This document shows positions 37,565 through 51,519 of a stretch of 64,000 nucleotides of DNA, piece after piece (positions within the stretch are counted from its first letter, which is position 1; every line of letters starts with the position of its first letter). A program made the translations under genes and the position numbers. The notes beneath the pieces are model-generated. The model saw only the letters and a list, made by a program, of their open reading frames with translations, made no database searches and was not told the origin of the DNA. This stretch comes from Eledone cirrhosa (lineage: Eukaryota), in contig CAXHJY010000862.1 of assembly GCA_964016885.1 (NCBI GenBank), positions 18,725 to 82,724 of the forward strand, written 5' to 3'.

Positions 37565-37980
37565 TATGTTAGAGATTTAGATAGCTATGGACATATGGCT
37601 GCCCCTTCTACCTCAATAAACATAGAACATATATATAGAAGGATTAGATTTAAGTAGCTACAGGCTTGTACCTTACCCAGATATAGAATACATATATAGA
37701 AGGATTAGATTAGGTAGCTACAGGTTTGTACCTTACCAACATATAGAATACTAGAATACATTTATAGAAGGATTAGATTTAACTAGCTACAGGTTTGTAC
37801 CTTATATAGATATAGAATACATATATAAAGGATTAGATTTAGATAGCTACAGGCTCGTACCTTATCTAGGTATGGCATACATATGTAGAAGGATTAGATT
37901 TAGGTAGCTACAGGCTTGTACCTTACCCAGATATAGAATACATATATAGAAGGGGTTTGATTTAGATAGCTACAGACATC
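37565..37980. repeat. About 60-bp minisatellite
   Basis: Unit GAATACATATATAGAAGGATTAGATTTAGGTAGCTACAGGCTTGTACCTTACCCAGATATA, about 6 copies. Confidence 0.85.
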
Positions 37981-38526
37981 TTACCTCACCCCACCAAAAA
38001 AAACTCAAACTTTACTGAATACAATGTTTCCTATCTTTGTTACAATCTCAGACATTTGTTGTTATTTTCTGAGGCTATGTGTAGGGGATTTCTTTTGATT
38101 CCAGTTTATTTTATTGATCCCCAGAAAAATCAACTCCCTTCATGAATAATCAAAACAGAATTTGAATATATATTCACCAAACTAAATATGGCATATTACT
38201 TAATCATGTGTTTTGCCTGAGTTCTTAACTGTTGATGGAGTTGTAGGGACACTGAATGTATGTATATATATATATATAGATGTGTGTGTGTATGTATATA
38301 TATATATGTGCCTGGGTGAAGGAGAGAAGTAGATATGGGTATAAACATTCTATGTACATAATCATGCCCGCATGAAAAAGATATATATACACACATACAT
38401 ACATATATATATATATTTGTGTGTGCATTTATATATATATATATATTTGTCTGTGTGCATTTATGCATATGTGTGTATGTATATATATATATATATATAA
38501 TGAACACTATGTCAATGTGTTGAATT

Positions 38527-40495
38527 TCAATCAAAGTTATAAGGAAGATCAAGCCAATGGCTTTTGATACCAAAATTGAACCTTCGATCTTTGCCTTTAA
38601 ATATTGATTCTTTCTTGTTAGTGTTGTTAGAGGCTGAGAGCATATCCAGTATCCTCAATGTCTGTTTACCTTTCTTCTTTTTAATATATTTACTGCACTT
38701 GTTAGTATCATCCCAGCTACTAATGTCTGGCCTTATATCTGTTAGTCCTGGCATAACACAAGCTGACGAGAAATAATCCTCTTCTCTAGCAACGTGAAAC
38801 ACTGGATCAACATCTTCCACTTTAATCTCTCTTCCACTTCCAGCTATGGTTGGGTTCACACAACCAACTTCACCATTACCAAGAGAGATATCCGCTGGAG
38901 ATAAACCCATTCCGAAGCTATCTACATCAATTGTTATGTCTAGTTCCCCTCGGCTACCAATGTCGCCTTTGTCACCATTTTCTGATCCTCGGCTCAAACT
39001 GATCTCGCTGCTGGAGATATTATCCCGGCTGCCAAGAGAGGTTCCAGATGTGCTGTTTGAACTACAATCATCAAAGGACACATTGACGCTACGGTTCGGG
39101 CCCGGTTTACGAGCTGTGTAAGCAACCAGAAATGCTGCTGTCATGGCTACAAGAAGGATGAGAAGTCCACCTATAACAATGAAAAATATCACCATAGAAA
39201 CGCTGCCTTCAGTCCATGAAAAACCACCTGCAGCTGGTATTTCTGGCATTTTTGCATTCTTGCGTATATCTTGTGAAGAAATGTCTTTGAAGTTTTTCTC
39301 ATTCTGATCTACCAAAACCAACAAGGTACAGGATATGGACCTTCGGCGCTGGGAGATCTCTTCCGCCTGGAAAAAAAGAATGAACATCAGCACCATATAT
39401 ATTCATGTATAAGATGATCCGAATATAAGCTAAAACCCTGTTCAAAAATCCAAACCCTGCTATCAATCATTACTATATACACACCACATAATATATATAT
39501 AGATACGGCTGGTTTGACCAGGAAAAGGTGAAAGAATTCTGGCCAGTTACGGCTGGTTTGACCAGGAAGAGGTGAGAGAATTCTGGTCAGTTACAGCTGG
39601 TTTGAATAAGAAGAGATGAGAGAATTCTGGCCAGTTACGACCGGTTTAAATGGTACAGGGTTAAACAAGATGTGACTACTTACATTAATGGCTAGACTGA
39701 CATTATGTATTCCTTGAATGTTTCGTAGTTGAGTTATTTGACCTGTCTGGGAGTTGATCCAGAAATACTTGGTGTAACGTTGAGGCAGAACTATAGAATG
39801 ATATAGTGGAGGAAGGATAGAGCAACATCATCAACAACACTGCAACAACCACCACCACAACAACCACAAGCACCACCACCACAACCACAAACACCACCAC
39901 TACAACAACAAACACCACCACCACAACTACAACTACACCTAAAACTACAAACATCAAAACCACACCTAAACCACAACCAACACCACCACAACTACCAAAA
40001 CAACCACAACATCAACTACAACGCCCAGAATCTAATAGAAGCCTTCACAAACCTTCTATAATGCTGTATAGTATGTTGTTTTTAAGGATATCTTTGTCTT
40101 CAGCTAGGATAGAACCTGGATACATCTGAAGAGTTCCCTGTGGAATATCAGAAATAAATAGAGAAAATTATAGAAATACATAAAACCTTATCTTATTGTA
40201 GAATGTTGTGAGGTGCTAAAGTTTATGAAGAGGTTATTTATATATATATATATAATATATATCATATATATATATATATCATATATATATATATATCATA
40301 TATGTATATATATCATATATATAATATATCATATATATATATATAATATATCATATATATATATATAATATATATCGTATATATATATATATAATATATA
40401 TCGTATATATATATATATAATATATATCGTATATATATGTATATATAATATATATCATATATATATATATCATATATATATAATATATATCATAC

Positions 40496-40534
<39 letters not shown>

Positions 40535-43500
40535 CATATACATATATATATGTGTATGTATGTATGTCTATATATGTATGTATGTCTATATATATATGTC
40601 AGGTCACCACTTGGTGCTACTGGTAACATGTATTCCAGTACAACCTGTCCCATGGTCGTGTCGTTGGCGACTAAACTGGCAACCCCACCAAGGTTTCTTG
40701 GTGAGGAGGGTGACTTTGGACATCCTGCAGGACTAAAACAAAACCTGTCAAAGGGCAAAGGAGCTCTTAAGAGTCATCCAAAATCATCCAAAATCACCGG
40801 GAGAGATGACCCCTTAGCCTTTGTCAAGGCAGAATTCTAGGAGAAGGAAAACTCTGGTATCCAATGATGTTGACTTGTTCTTCTTTTTGGTAAATATCAT
40901 CTTGGTTAAGAGAGTGGGACTGGCTTTGTGCAGTGCCTTTGCTCACTATAAACGCTTCACGGCACAGGCATTGCTTTATATCTGGAGATCTCTCTGCACT
41001 TGTCGTCACATGGTACCATGGGCCCAGCACTGTGTCAATAATTGTCACAAGTGTAGTGTTTGTACCAGAGTTTTCAAGTCGCTGGCTGGACTAAAAAGTC
41101 ACACTCGTCAGCGCATCGGTAGGCATTCTTTTACATGGATATAAAGTAGTGGCCATACTCGAAAACAAGTTGGCAGCCACCATATGTATGTATATATAAG
41201 GAATAAGCAATATAACTGTACTTACTGTACTGTTGCTGGTTACATATGCAATATAGGCCGGGGTGATACAGAAGTTATTTGCCAATGGACATTTGGGGTA
41301 GACGAAGGCTGGACCCTGGTCATCAGCATCTGTTATACGGATGGCTAAAGTCGTGAAGGCCACCCGGCTACTCGGATAACCATTATCCTGAAGGAAGAAA
41401 CAGAAGAGAAAGCTGTATTATAAAATAAGAGCTGTTTCTCAGTCTTTGCACATATATCAAGGACAGACACACCTGTGGAGGTGTATTGAGGTCAGACACA
41501 CCTGTGGAGGTATATCAAGGACAGACACACCTGTGGAGGTATATCAAGGACAGACACACCTGTGGAGGTATATTGAGGTCAGACACACCTGTGGAGATGT
41601 ATTGAGGTCAGACACACCTGTGGAGGTGTATTGAGGTCAGACACACCTGTGGAGGTATATTGAGGACAGACACGCCTGTGGAGATGTATTGAGGTCAGAC
41701 ACACCTGTGGAGGTGTATTGAGGTCAGACACACCTGTGGAGATGTATTGATGACAGACATACCTGTGGAGGTGTAATGAGGTCAGACACACCTGTGGAGG
41801 TATATTGAGGACAGACACGCCTGTGGAGATGTATTGAGGTCAGACACGCCTGTGGAGGTGTATTGAGGTCAGACACACCTGTGGAGATGTATTGATGACA
41901 GACATACTTGTGGAGGTGTAATGTGGTCAGACACACTCGTGGAGGTATATTGAGGACAGACACGCCTGTGGAGATGTATTGAGGTCAGACACACCTGTGG
42001 AGGTGTATTGAGGACAGACACACCCGTGGAGGTGTATTGAGGTCAGACACACCTGTGGAGGTATATTAAGGACAGGTACTAACCTGTGGAGGTATATTGA
42101 GGACATACTAATCACAGACGCTCACCTGTGTAGATATATCAAGGACAGACACAGATACAATGAGGACAGACATACCTGTGCAGATATATAGAGTACAGAC
42201 TAATGAGAAACACTCACCTGTACAGAGATATTGAGGACATATTGTGTTGAACCAGTTAACCACATCTGATCATAATCAAGGAGTTGTGTAAGAATTATAT
42301 CACGACCTTCGGCTGATAGAGAGAACTTCCCTCTTCCATCTACCTGTAAAGGTAAAAATATACAGGTGTTGAGTTATTTGTTAATTAAGTTGAGGTCTGA
42401 TGAGGGGCGGGGTAGGGGGTAAATTGAAGGGAAGGATTGGTATGTAGACAGGAAAGATGGGAGGAAGAGAGTGTTTGGGGTGGGTGAGGGCACGGGGGAA
42501 CAGAGGGGGTGGGAGTTTCATTGTAAGGGTGGATTGTGGGGAAGGGGTGTGTGGAGGAAGGGAGGAGTGAAAGTAGGAAGGGTACCTCAGTCTCATTGTA
42601 AGGGTGGAGACGAAACAAGGCGATGCTCCCAGTTATGTCATCATCAATTGCTTTGTCGTTCAGTGTAAAAATAATACTTCCAGGCATTGTTAACTGAAAA
42701 AATAGAAATATATATATATAATAATCTCCCGTTGGGTTGAGATGCAATTGGGCGATATTGGGCTGCGCTTTCTAGCAACCAGCCTACTTGCCGTAAGCAA
42801 CTAATCACATTCTTTCTAACTTGACCACTGCCACGTCACGATTCTTAGCTATTTTTTAAATCTATTTCTGGCGCGATCGCTTTGGAAAATTAACTGTCCA
42901 ATTGAGTTTGTCTCCTGATGAGTTTGTTACACTAGATTCTTCCTTAATAATAGGATATCTCAAAATACGAACGAAACCATGGTAGAGATGTAATTACGGT
43001 ATGTACACATTTCTTCTAAGTTTAAATTTACACCTAATTGTGTATGGTTGACGGTATATTTAGTCAGTTTCTACATGCTGTTGAAATGTTGGGTAAATAC
43101 TCTATTGGGGTCAACCGCGAAGAGGCCGCTTTCGGTTATTTATCAAATATTTCTTCATAGGAGCCTTTATTCTTATAGCCTGGTCTAATTGATTTTTTAT
43201 ACGGTTAATTATGGTAATTGGGAGAGGAAATGGTATATATTTTATCTAATAATTCTAAGTACATGATTTATGATATATATATATGTATATGAATATGTAT
43301 ATGTATATGAATATATATATATATATATATATGTATATAATAAGTATATGAATATATATATATATATATGTATATGAATATGTATATGAATGTGAATATG
43401 TATATGAATATGTATATATATGTATATGAATATATATATATATGTGTGTATGTATGTATGTGTATATATATACATATATATGTGTGTGTGTGTGTATGTA

Positions 43501-43831
43501 TGTGTATATATATATATATACACACCTCATTAATACATTAATAGAGAGGCATGTGTTATTCTATAGCAAGTTCTATACATACCTCATCAATGTCAGTGAC
43601 ATAAGAAGACAAGGTAAAATATGGCTGCTTTTCATTGACATCAGCGATAGCAACACTCTGCTTGTACTGAAATAGAGATATTGGAAACATCACTAATAAC
43701 AATCAAGTTGGCAAATAATCATACACACAGATTATATATTTATATATGCTTTACGGTTCTTATATATTTGATATATATTTATCCTTATCGAGCCCTCTTT
43801 GGATTTTAGTCTTCAAATTTATTATTATTAC

Positions 43832-43900
<69 letters not shown>

Positions 43901-44103
43901 GTCTAACCCATGCTAGCGTGGAAGAACGGACGTAAAACGGTGATGATATGCATGTATGTAAAAGGTAAACAGAAATAACAACACAATCAGTAGAGTATAT
44001 GGAAGGAATATATTAGGTTAACACTTGAAATAGCAGGAAGAGGGTGTTAACGTTTCGGACGGTAGTCCTTCATCACAAGAAAGAAAGAGAAATGTATATA
44101 CAT

Positions 44104-44141
<38 letters not shown>

Positions 44142-44731
44142 TTATATATATGTATACATACACACATATAAATATATATATGTATATATACACACACACA
44201 TATTTATATATATATACATACACATATATATAAATATCTACATACACACGCACACACGTTTCGATATTATATCATCATCATCATCATCATCGTTTAACAG
44301 AAGATGGACATTAAACGATGATGATGATATAATATCGAAACAAAGCCATCGGAAGATCTCCGACCGTTTTATACAATATAAGTCCAGTAAGCTGGGTTGT
44401 CACATTGGTAAAAATAGGAGTAAGTAGGAGAAAGCTCTCTACATGCATAGTGTGTAGTTGCTATGGAGATATATTATGTAAACACAGCATCTTTCTTAAT
44501 GTTATTCATATATGTGTATGTATGTATGTAAAAGGTAAACAAAAATAACAAAACAAACGGCACAGTACATGGAAGAAATATGTTAGTTTAATACTTGAAA
44601 TAACAGGAAAAAAGTCTCAACGTTTCGGACGGTAGTCTTTCATCAGAAAAAAGAATGAGAAATTAAAGAAGAAATAGAAAGATTGAGGCGACAGGCAGGG
44701 GGTCCATTGATTTTGCCATCTCTTGGAAAAC

Positions 44732-44771
<40 letters not shown>

Positions 44772-45084
44772 TATTATATGTAGAGTCCCTCAAACCTGAA
44801 CTGCCCTGCCTCCTGGCCACACAAGGTCTAAATGTGGTCCTGCCCTTCCAAGCAGAGAACATAGGGAAGTCTTACCGTGTGTGTCATTCCATCCTCTGTA
44901 CAGTTGAGGGTGTACTTCAGAGATTCTATTATAGGTTCCTGTGGCAACAGAAAGAAAGAGAAAGTTGAAGAAAGTTCTATGAGATGAGGAACTTCTACAG
45001 AAACTTCAAGATCAGCGAGAAGAACATTTAGCAGAAGCAGAAGATTAGTATAGAATTTACTCCCTTTTCAACTATGTGTGTGTG

Positions 45085-45117
<33 letters not shown>

Positions 45118-45149
45118 ATGCTTGTATATATATATATATATATAAGTAA

Positions 45150-45184
<35 letters not shown>

Positions 45185-45485
45185 TTTGTGTATCAAAATG
45201 AGAACAACTGGGAAAGGAAATCAAGTCCCATATCTGCCATATTTAATTCTGGTGATACTTACATTAGCCTCTTTCTCATTTATTTCTTCTAAGTCAGGTG
45301 ACTGGATAAATCTGATCACATGATCTCCACCGACTGTTGTATTCATGTCCAAGTAACCGAAGGGTTCTTCTTCATGAAAGTTCCACTTCTCATTACCGTT
45401 AAACGGTATTCTCAGAATTATAGTTCCTGTGAATGGAAATTAGTCACACAAATCTAAATTAATCTCACTTTTATTATTAATAACA

Positions 45486-45523
<38 letters not shown>

Positions 45524-45696
45524 ATAATAATAAAATTGAAGACTAAAATCCATAGAGGGCTCGATAAGGAAAGTATATATCAAATATATAAGAACCGTAG
45601 AGCAAATATTTATTAAAATAACAGATTAAAGTTTCAGAAGATCCCGTTAAGGGTGAAAGCAGCGATTCTTTGCTTAAACTTTAATCTGTTATTTTA

Positions 45697-45747
<51 letters not shown>

Positions 45748-47680
45748 AGTGAAATGACAAGAGACCATATATATATATATATATACATATGCTAGTGTGG
45801 AAAAATTGATGTAAAGTGGTGATGATGTTTATATATATACATAATAATAATATATAAGGGAGCAAAGAATCAGTTTTGCATCATATATATATTTAATTAC
45901 ATATGTTTCACTGTTGATCAGTGTATATATAAATATACAAACATGTATATAAAAGCATATATATATATGTGTGTGTGTGTGTATGTATGTATCTGTGTAT
46001 GTGTGTGTGTGTGTGTGTATATATATATACTACTAATAATAATGGTTTCTGAATTAGGCAGAAGGCCAACGATTTTTTGGGGGAAGGGAAAATCGATTAA
46101 AATGACCCCAGTGCATTACTGGTGCTTTATTTCCTCGACCCCAGAAGGATGAAAGGCAAGGTTGACCGGGGCTGAACTTGATCCCAGAACATAGAAAGTC
46201 GTGACTAAATGCTGCAAAGAATTTTGTCTGACGCTCTACTAATTCTGCCCATCCAACACCATAAGAACTGATAAAATAATGTGTTCAATTCGTTCAAGTT
46301 GATTCTCTTTAAATTTCATTAAATGTGTGGCTTAACCCTTTAGCATTTAAACCGGTCATATCCAGCCAGAATTCTCTCACCTCTTTCTGCTCAAACCGGC
46401 TGTAACTGGCCACTCACATTGATGTTAAGGTATTGTTCTCAAAATAAATGATATCAAAATCTCACAGATTTGATATTACGTGTAACAATTATGTGAGGTA
46501 AAGTGTTTACTGTGAAAATATAATAGTATATATAGAGTAATGTAAATGGTAAAGGGCTAAACCAGTTATAACGACTATGATGAGAAAGTATGAAATATAT
46601 CAACCTACCTTCAACTGTATCTTCTCTGAACGCCTTTATAGACGTATCAACAGAGCATGCGGCATCTACAGGCAGAAAAAATATTGTTGAAAGGAAAAAT
46701 CAGTTGCGTGTTTTAGTTTGAATTGATTCTCAATTAATAGAAATAATTCCACATTGATTTTACTGTATTTTGCCTGAGTGTGCGTGTGTCTGTGAAACAT
46801 ATACATATACACTATTTTGGGTGGGAGGGGCAAGTTGAGTAAAATGACCCCAGTGCATTACTGGTGCTTTATTTCCTCAATCTCGGAAGGATAAAAGGCA
46901 AAGTTGACCTGGGCTAAACTTTATGTCAGAATGTAGAAATTGTAATAGGTTTGAGAACCATAGATAGCTGAGCTGTAGATAGATCTATGGTTAGATGAGC
47001 CATGGTTAGGTGAACCTGGATAGATGAGCCATGGTAGATGAACCACAGTTGGATGAGCCATGGTTAGTTGACCAATGGTTAGATAAGCCCTGGTAGATGA
47101 ACCATGGTTAGATGAGCCATTGTTGATGAGCTGTAGTTAGATGAACTACGGTTAGATGTGCCATGGTTAGATGAGCCATGGTTAGATGAACCTGGGTTGA
47201 TTAGTCACGGGTAGATGAGCCATCATTAGATGAACTTGGGCACATGAGCCATGGTTAGATGAACCACAGTTAGATGAGCCATGGTTAAATGAGTTATGGT
47301 TGATGATCCATGGCACATGAGCCGTAGTAGGTGATCAATGGTTGATGAGCTATGGTAGTTTCCATCTAACCAATTTTACTCATAAGTTTAGGGTCTAGCT
47401 GAGCCAATGGTAAAAGACAAGGCCAGCAATTACCCCAGTGCATAACTGGTGCTTTATTTTATCAAACCCGTAAAGATGAAAGGCAAAGTTAACCTTGGCA
47501 GGATTTTAACTCAGATCGTAAAGGGCCGTAACTCTATGCTGCAAAGCATGGCGTCCGAGACTCTACCGATACTATCAATCCACTGCCCTGACATGTTATA
47601 GAAAATAACAACTTACAGACTATATAGCAACCTGATCGAAATAACACGAGTAATACCACGTGATAGAGAAATCGTTCCAT
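38527..47680 (-). CDS. Short cadherin-related type I membrane protein (signal peptide, 3 EC repeats, TM, Ser-rich tail; 619 aa)
   Basis: Coding exons 47617-47680, 46609-46665, 45263-45426, 44876-44938, 43583-43666, 42586-42693, 42218-42343, 41226-41387, 40053-40137, 39684-39790, 38527-39366 join in frame with GT-AG sites (1860 nt). Motifs [61 protein letters not shown]; [27 protein letters not shown]. Confidence 0.9.
41020..41182 (+). mobile_element. RTE-type LINE 3' fragment (C2H2-like tail)
   Basis: [19 protein letters not shown] followed by a short 3' UTR. Confidence 0.55.
41449..42200. repeat. 29-bp minisatellite, about 25 units
   Basis: Unit GAGGTCAGACACACCTGTGGAGGTGTATT. Confidence 0.95.
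42910..42989 (+). ncRNA. Type I hammerhead ribozyme with enlarged domain II
   Basis: GTCTC-CTGATGA-GTTTG..(41 nt)..CGAAC-GAAA-CCATGG-TA-GAGAT; palindromic stem III ACCATGGT, GUA site. Confidence 0.85.
43950..44660 (-). repeat. Two direct-repeat pLTR-like units, each with a minimal hammerhead core
   Basis: (C/G)TGATGA-A(G/A)GAC-TACC-GTCC-GAAACGTT at 44048-44076 and 44618-44646, with shared ~100-bp flanks. Confidence 0.65.
46332..46560 (-). mobile_element. piggyBac-like MITE
   Basis: TTAACCCTTTAGCATTTAAA ... TAAATGGTAAAGGGCTAA; same body as 28958-29168. Confidence 0.75.
46955..47360. repeat. 15-bp minisatellite
   Basis: Unit GGTTAGATGAGCCAT, degenerate. Confidence 0.85.
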
Positions 47681-47777
47681 TTCAGACTTGTTTGATGTTG
47701 TCTTCTTGACGTTTGTTTGCAACCACGTTGTTGATTGGTCACTGGGATGTTCCTGGATAAAAATGGAATTGAACCAA

Positions 47778-47842
<65 letters not shown>

Positions 47843-47898
47843 CTTATATATACATGTACATATATACACATGTAAATATACATACAGACATACACACA

Positions 47899-47960
<62 letters not shown>

Positions 47961-48404
47961 ATAGATACAAAGACCAAACCAAATTCCATAAAGGATTCGA
48001 TAAGGGTTGTATATATATATGCGCTAGGAAGGGCATCTAGCCGTAGAAAACCAGCCAGAAGCAGCCCTATATGAGTGAGACACGGTCACCCAACCCAATC
48101 TTGCCTCTGAATTGGACAAACCCGTCTAACCCATGCTAGCGTGGAAGATGGACTTTAAACGATGATGATATAAACCCATAAAGCAAATATTCATTATTAG
48201 TAGTACAGATTAAACTTTTAAGCAATAAATTTCTGCTTTCACCCAAAGTGGGATCATCGATAGAGGAGTAGTGTTGTTATGACAGTACTAACATTTCTTT
48301 CTCGCATCTTTCTTTCGTTTTGAAATCTTTGAATATAGAGAAAAATAGAAGAAAGACGAGAAAATAAATAAAACTAAATTTAAAATATAAAAGTATTTTT
48401 AAAA

Positions 48405-48615
48405 ACTAGTGGTGCCCCAGCATGGCCTCAGCTAAAAACACTGGCGGTGTCTCAGCATGGCCTCAGCTAAAAAAGACTGGTGGTGCCCCAGCATGGCCTC
48501 AGCTGCAAACACTGGCGGGGCCCCAGCATGACCTCAGCAAAAAAAAACTGGTGATGCCCCAGCATGGTCTCAGCTAAAAAAACAAATGGTACTGTCCCAA
48601 CATGGCCTCAGCTAG
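48405..48615. repeat. About 35-bp tandem repeat, 6 units
   Basis: CTGGTGGTGCCCCAGCATGGCCTCAGCTAAAAA. Confidence 0.85.
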
Positions 48616-48639
48616 TCAGCTAGACCCTGTCAGGATAGA

Positions 48640-48870
48640 AACGAGGTAAAGTGATGACGTCAGAGTGTAAAAGGGACGCCATGACGTTTTCTGTGTCAAC
48701 TAATCAATCAATTTAAGGCTTCTTTAGAATCAACATTCCAATATTGACTGGTGACGTCAGTACTTCAATGCTGATGTCATCACGCGATTTCCCAAATACT
48801 TGCGGCCCCTTTCATTGGCTGTCGTGTGTGTATATTCCTGTGTATCTAGAGGGGCCGGCGGCGTTTCTGA
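48640..48870 (-). promoter_or_regulatory. Candidate promoter of the cadherin gene
   Basis: Two TGACGTCA (CRE) palindromes near 48655 and 48752, ATTGG (CCAAT) near 48814, locally CpG-rich, about 1 kb upstream of the first coding exon. Confidence 0.3.
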
Positions 48871-49225
48871 GGTCACTTAGTCTAAGCCCTACTGTTAGAT
48901 ACACACTTACACACATATATACACATATGCATACATATACGCCCATACATACATACGTACACACATATACACACGTACATGCACATACAGGAATACACAC
49001 ATATACACACATATAGGCATACACACTCACTGATACGCATATACTCAAGCACAGATACACATACATACACAGACATAAATACACACACAGTGGCCGTTTC
49101 AACAGCTAGTTCCAGACTCTATGAACTAACTGCTGAAACGGCAAGAGCTCAGCCGTTGGGTCTACAACCCCAAGTATCGAGTACTCTGTTGAGTAATGGC
49201 CTAACCAGTTTCAAACTGAACCCAT

Positions 49226-49287
<62 letters not shown>

Positions 49288-49820
49288 GAAAACGTAACTT
49301 TTTACTCAATTTTGCTGTCTGATGCAATCTGGTTAAATAATCAAGTGACCAGGATCGTCATTGACAAATGTATCACGACCTTCTTAATAAAGGACTCTTG
49401 AACATTTACAACTTCGCATTTTCCTAATTCTAATTATACTCCTTCAATCTTAATTTGATGAAGTAACATGACGTCGAGTGCTTGAACTGCATTGCATCAA
49501 CGTCTAGCGTATATATATATTCGTCTAAAGTCTGTCTCCAGCGTGGGGTCTCATTTGGCCGGTGCTTATCGTGGTTTTCTTGTCATTAAACGAGAGTACA
49601 AGACTTCTCCTGAGACAGGAGCAACGTGAAATGAAGTGTTTTGTTCAAGAATAAAATACACAAATCGTCCAGTTGGTTGTCTCAAACCATGTGACAGATT
49701 AGGTCTACCACCCAAGGACAAGCTGGTGGTGTTAAACTGGGTGACAGGTTACATCTACCACCCAAGGACCAGCTGGTGATGTTAAACTAAGTGACAGGTT
49801 ACATCTACCACCCAAGGACC

Positions 49821-49882
<62 letters not shown>

Positions 49883-50038
49883 CGGGTTCAATCGGGCTAA
49901 CCAAAGTAAGGTACTCAATATATTAGTAGAGTATAAACATCATGTTTAATATAGGAATGGCTTCTACAGGACTAGAACTGTTTCATTCAAAAGATATCAT
50001 CAGCAACGCCAGTTCTATATTAAACATGATATATATAT

Positions 50039-50175
50039 ATTATTTCTGAAGACAGCATATATATGTGTTGGTATGTATATTCTCTTTGATAGTTTGTATA
50101 ATTTTGTACATAGATCTTTTGAATATGCATGCAAATTCTAACACATATATGTCCTAGAAACGATCGTTAAATAAT
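50039..50175 (+). ncRNA. Type I hammerhead fold with ~100-nt domain II
   Basis: ATTATTT-CTGAAGA-..ATATATGTGTTGG...CTAACACATATAT..-GAAA-CGATCG-TT-AAATAAT. Confidence 0.7.
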
Positions 50176-50372
50176 GAACTTTTTTTGTTTAATATAAGGA
50201 ACTGTTTCATTGTTTTATTCATTATTTTTTTAATATTTTATCTTGACTCTGTATTCCGTTTATCTTTCACCGAAAGTGATTTTTGAATGCATCTCTTCTT
50301 TCCATGATATCCGGATTACATTGAGTTCTTCATACGGATTGGACACTACCGTAAACTTTTGGTAGATTTATC

Positions 50373-50427
<55 letters not shown>

Positions 50428-50795
50428 CCTTAATGCATTTACATATTCTTAGTATATGGGAATATAAACATGCCAAATATACGCATTTCCACGTATATTA
50501 AAAAAAACCTAACCCTAACCTTAACATCCTTAATCGATTTTCAAACGTATATTGTTAATAAGTGGAATAACTGGGCGCAGAAGGTGTTTTTAATACGAAT
50601 ATTTAGCATGTTATATGGCTCTATACCAAAAATATATAAATATAGATATATATACTCCTTTACACAGTAGCGGTTACTTCTATTCTGTATATATACAGAT
50701 ATTACTTTCTCATATATATATATATGTATGAATGAAGTAATTCCGTCGGAAAGGTCCAGGAAAAAAGAGTGCTCTATGTAAGTAACAGAGCTTAA

Positions 50796-50900
50796 TAGTT
50801 ATGTAATAAACAACATAAGGCAATTATTTCATTTACCAGTGGTTTCTTAAAACCACTGGTAAATGAAATAATTGCCTTATGTTGTTTATTACATAACTAT
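50796..50900. repeat. Perfect ~50-bp-arm palindrome
   Basis: ATAGTTATGTAATAAACAACATAAGGCAATTATTTCATTTACCAGTGGTTT and its reverse complement. Confidence 0.85.
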
Positions 50901-51462
50901 ATATATATATATCTGCTGCAACACGATTTTGAGTAATGCAATCACTTGATACTTAAGCATGAGTATCACGGACGTGGCTTTTCAGTCCTGCTAGGGACTT
51001 GCCTATGGCCAGCAATACCATGCATCGCAAAAAATGTCACATATCAAGCGATGCCCGTACCTTTTAACTTTTTTAAGTGTGGAAAGGCTTTGCACGAGAC
51101 CAATCCAATCCCACTCTCTGAACATCGAATGCATGTACCCAAAGAGAAGAACTGGTCTACCTCATTGGATGTTTTATCTCAGAGGGACCTTCACCTAGAG
51201 AGATGTCTTAATGAAGACTAGGAGTCTCTCGCTCCACACACACACAAAAAAAAATATTCGATGCCGTTGACTCACCTGAGTTCCTCTGCCCTTTGACGGG
51301 TTTTGTTTTTCATCCTGAAGGGTGTCCAAATTCACCCTCCTCACCAGGCAAGATACCTACATCTATCTACCTAACTATCAATATATAAACCAAACTGCGT
51401 ACCTCGTCGAGTGCTCCAATCTGCATACTGAGGTGTCGGTAAACAACGAACATATACTCAAA

Positions 51463-51519
<57 letters not shown>

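Noticed and set aside
40598-40730. Open segment with an AG acceptor inside the cadherin gene
   Set aside because: No cadherin motifs, and the flanking exons already join in frame into a coherent EC3.
49975-50010. CTGATGA-TATCTTTTGAAT-GAAACAGTTC on the minus strand
   Set aside because: Stems I and II barely pair; at most a decayed remnant, so not listed as a ribozyme.
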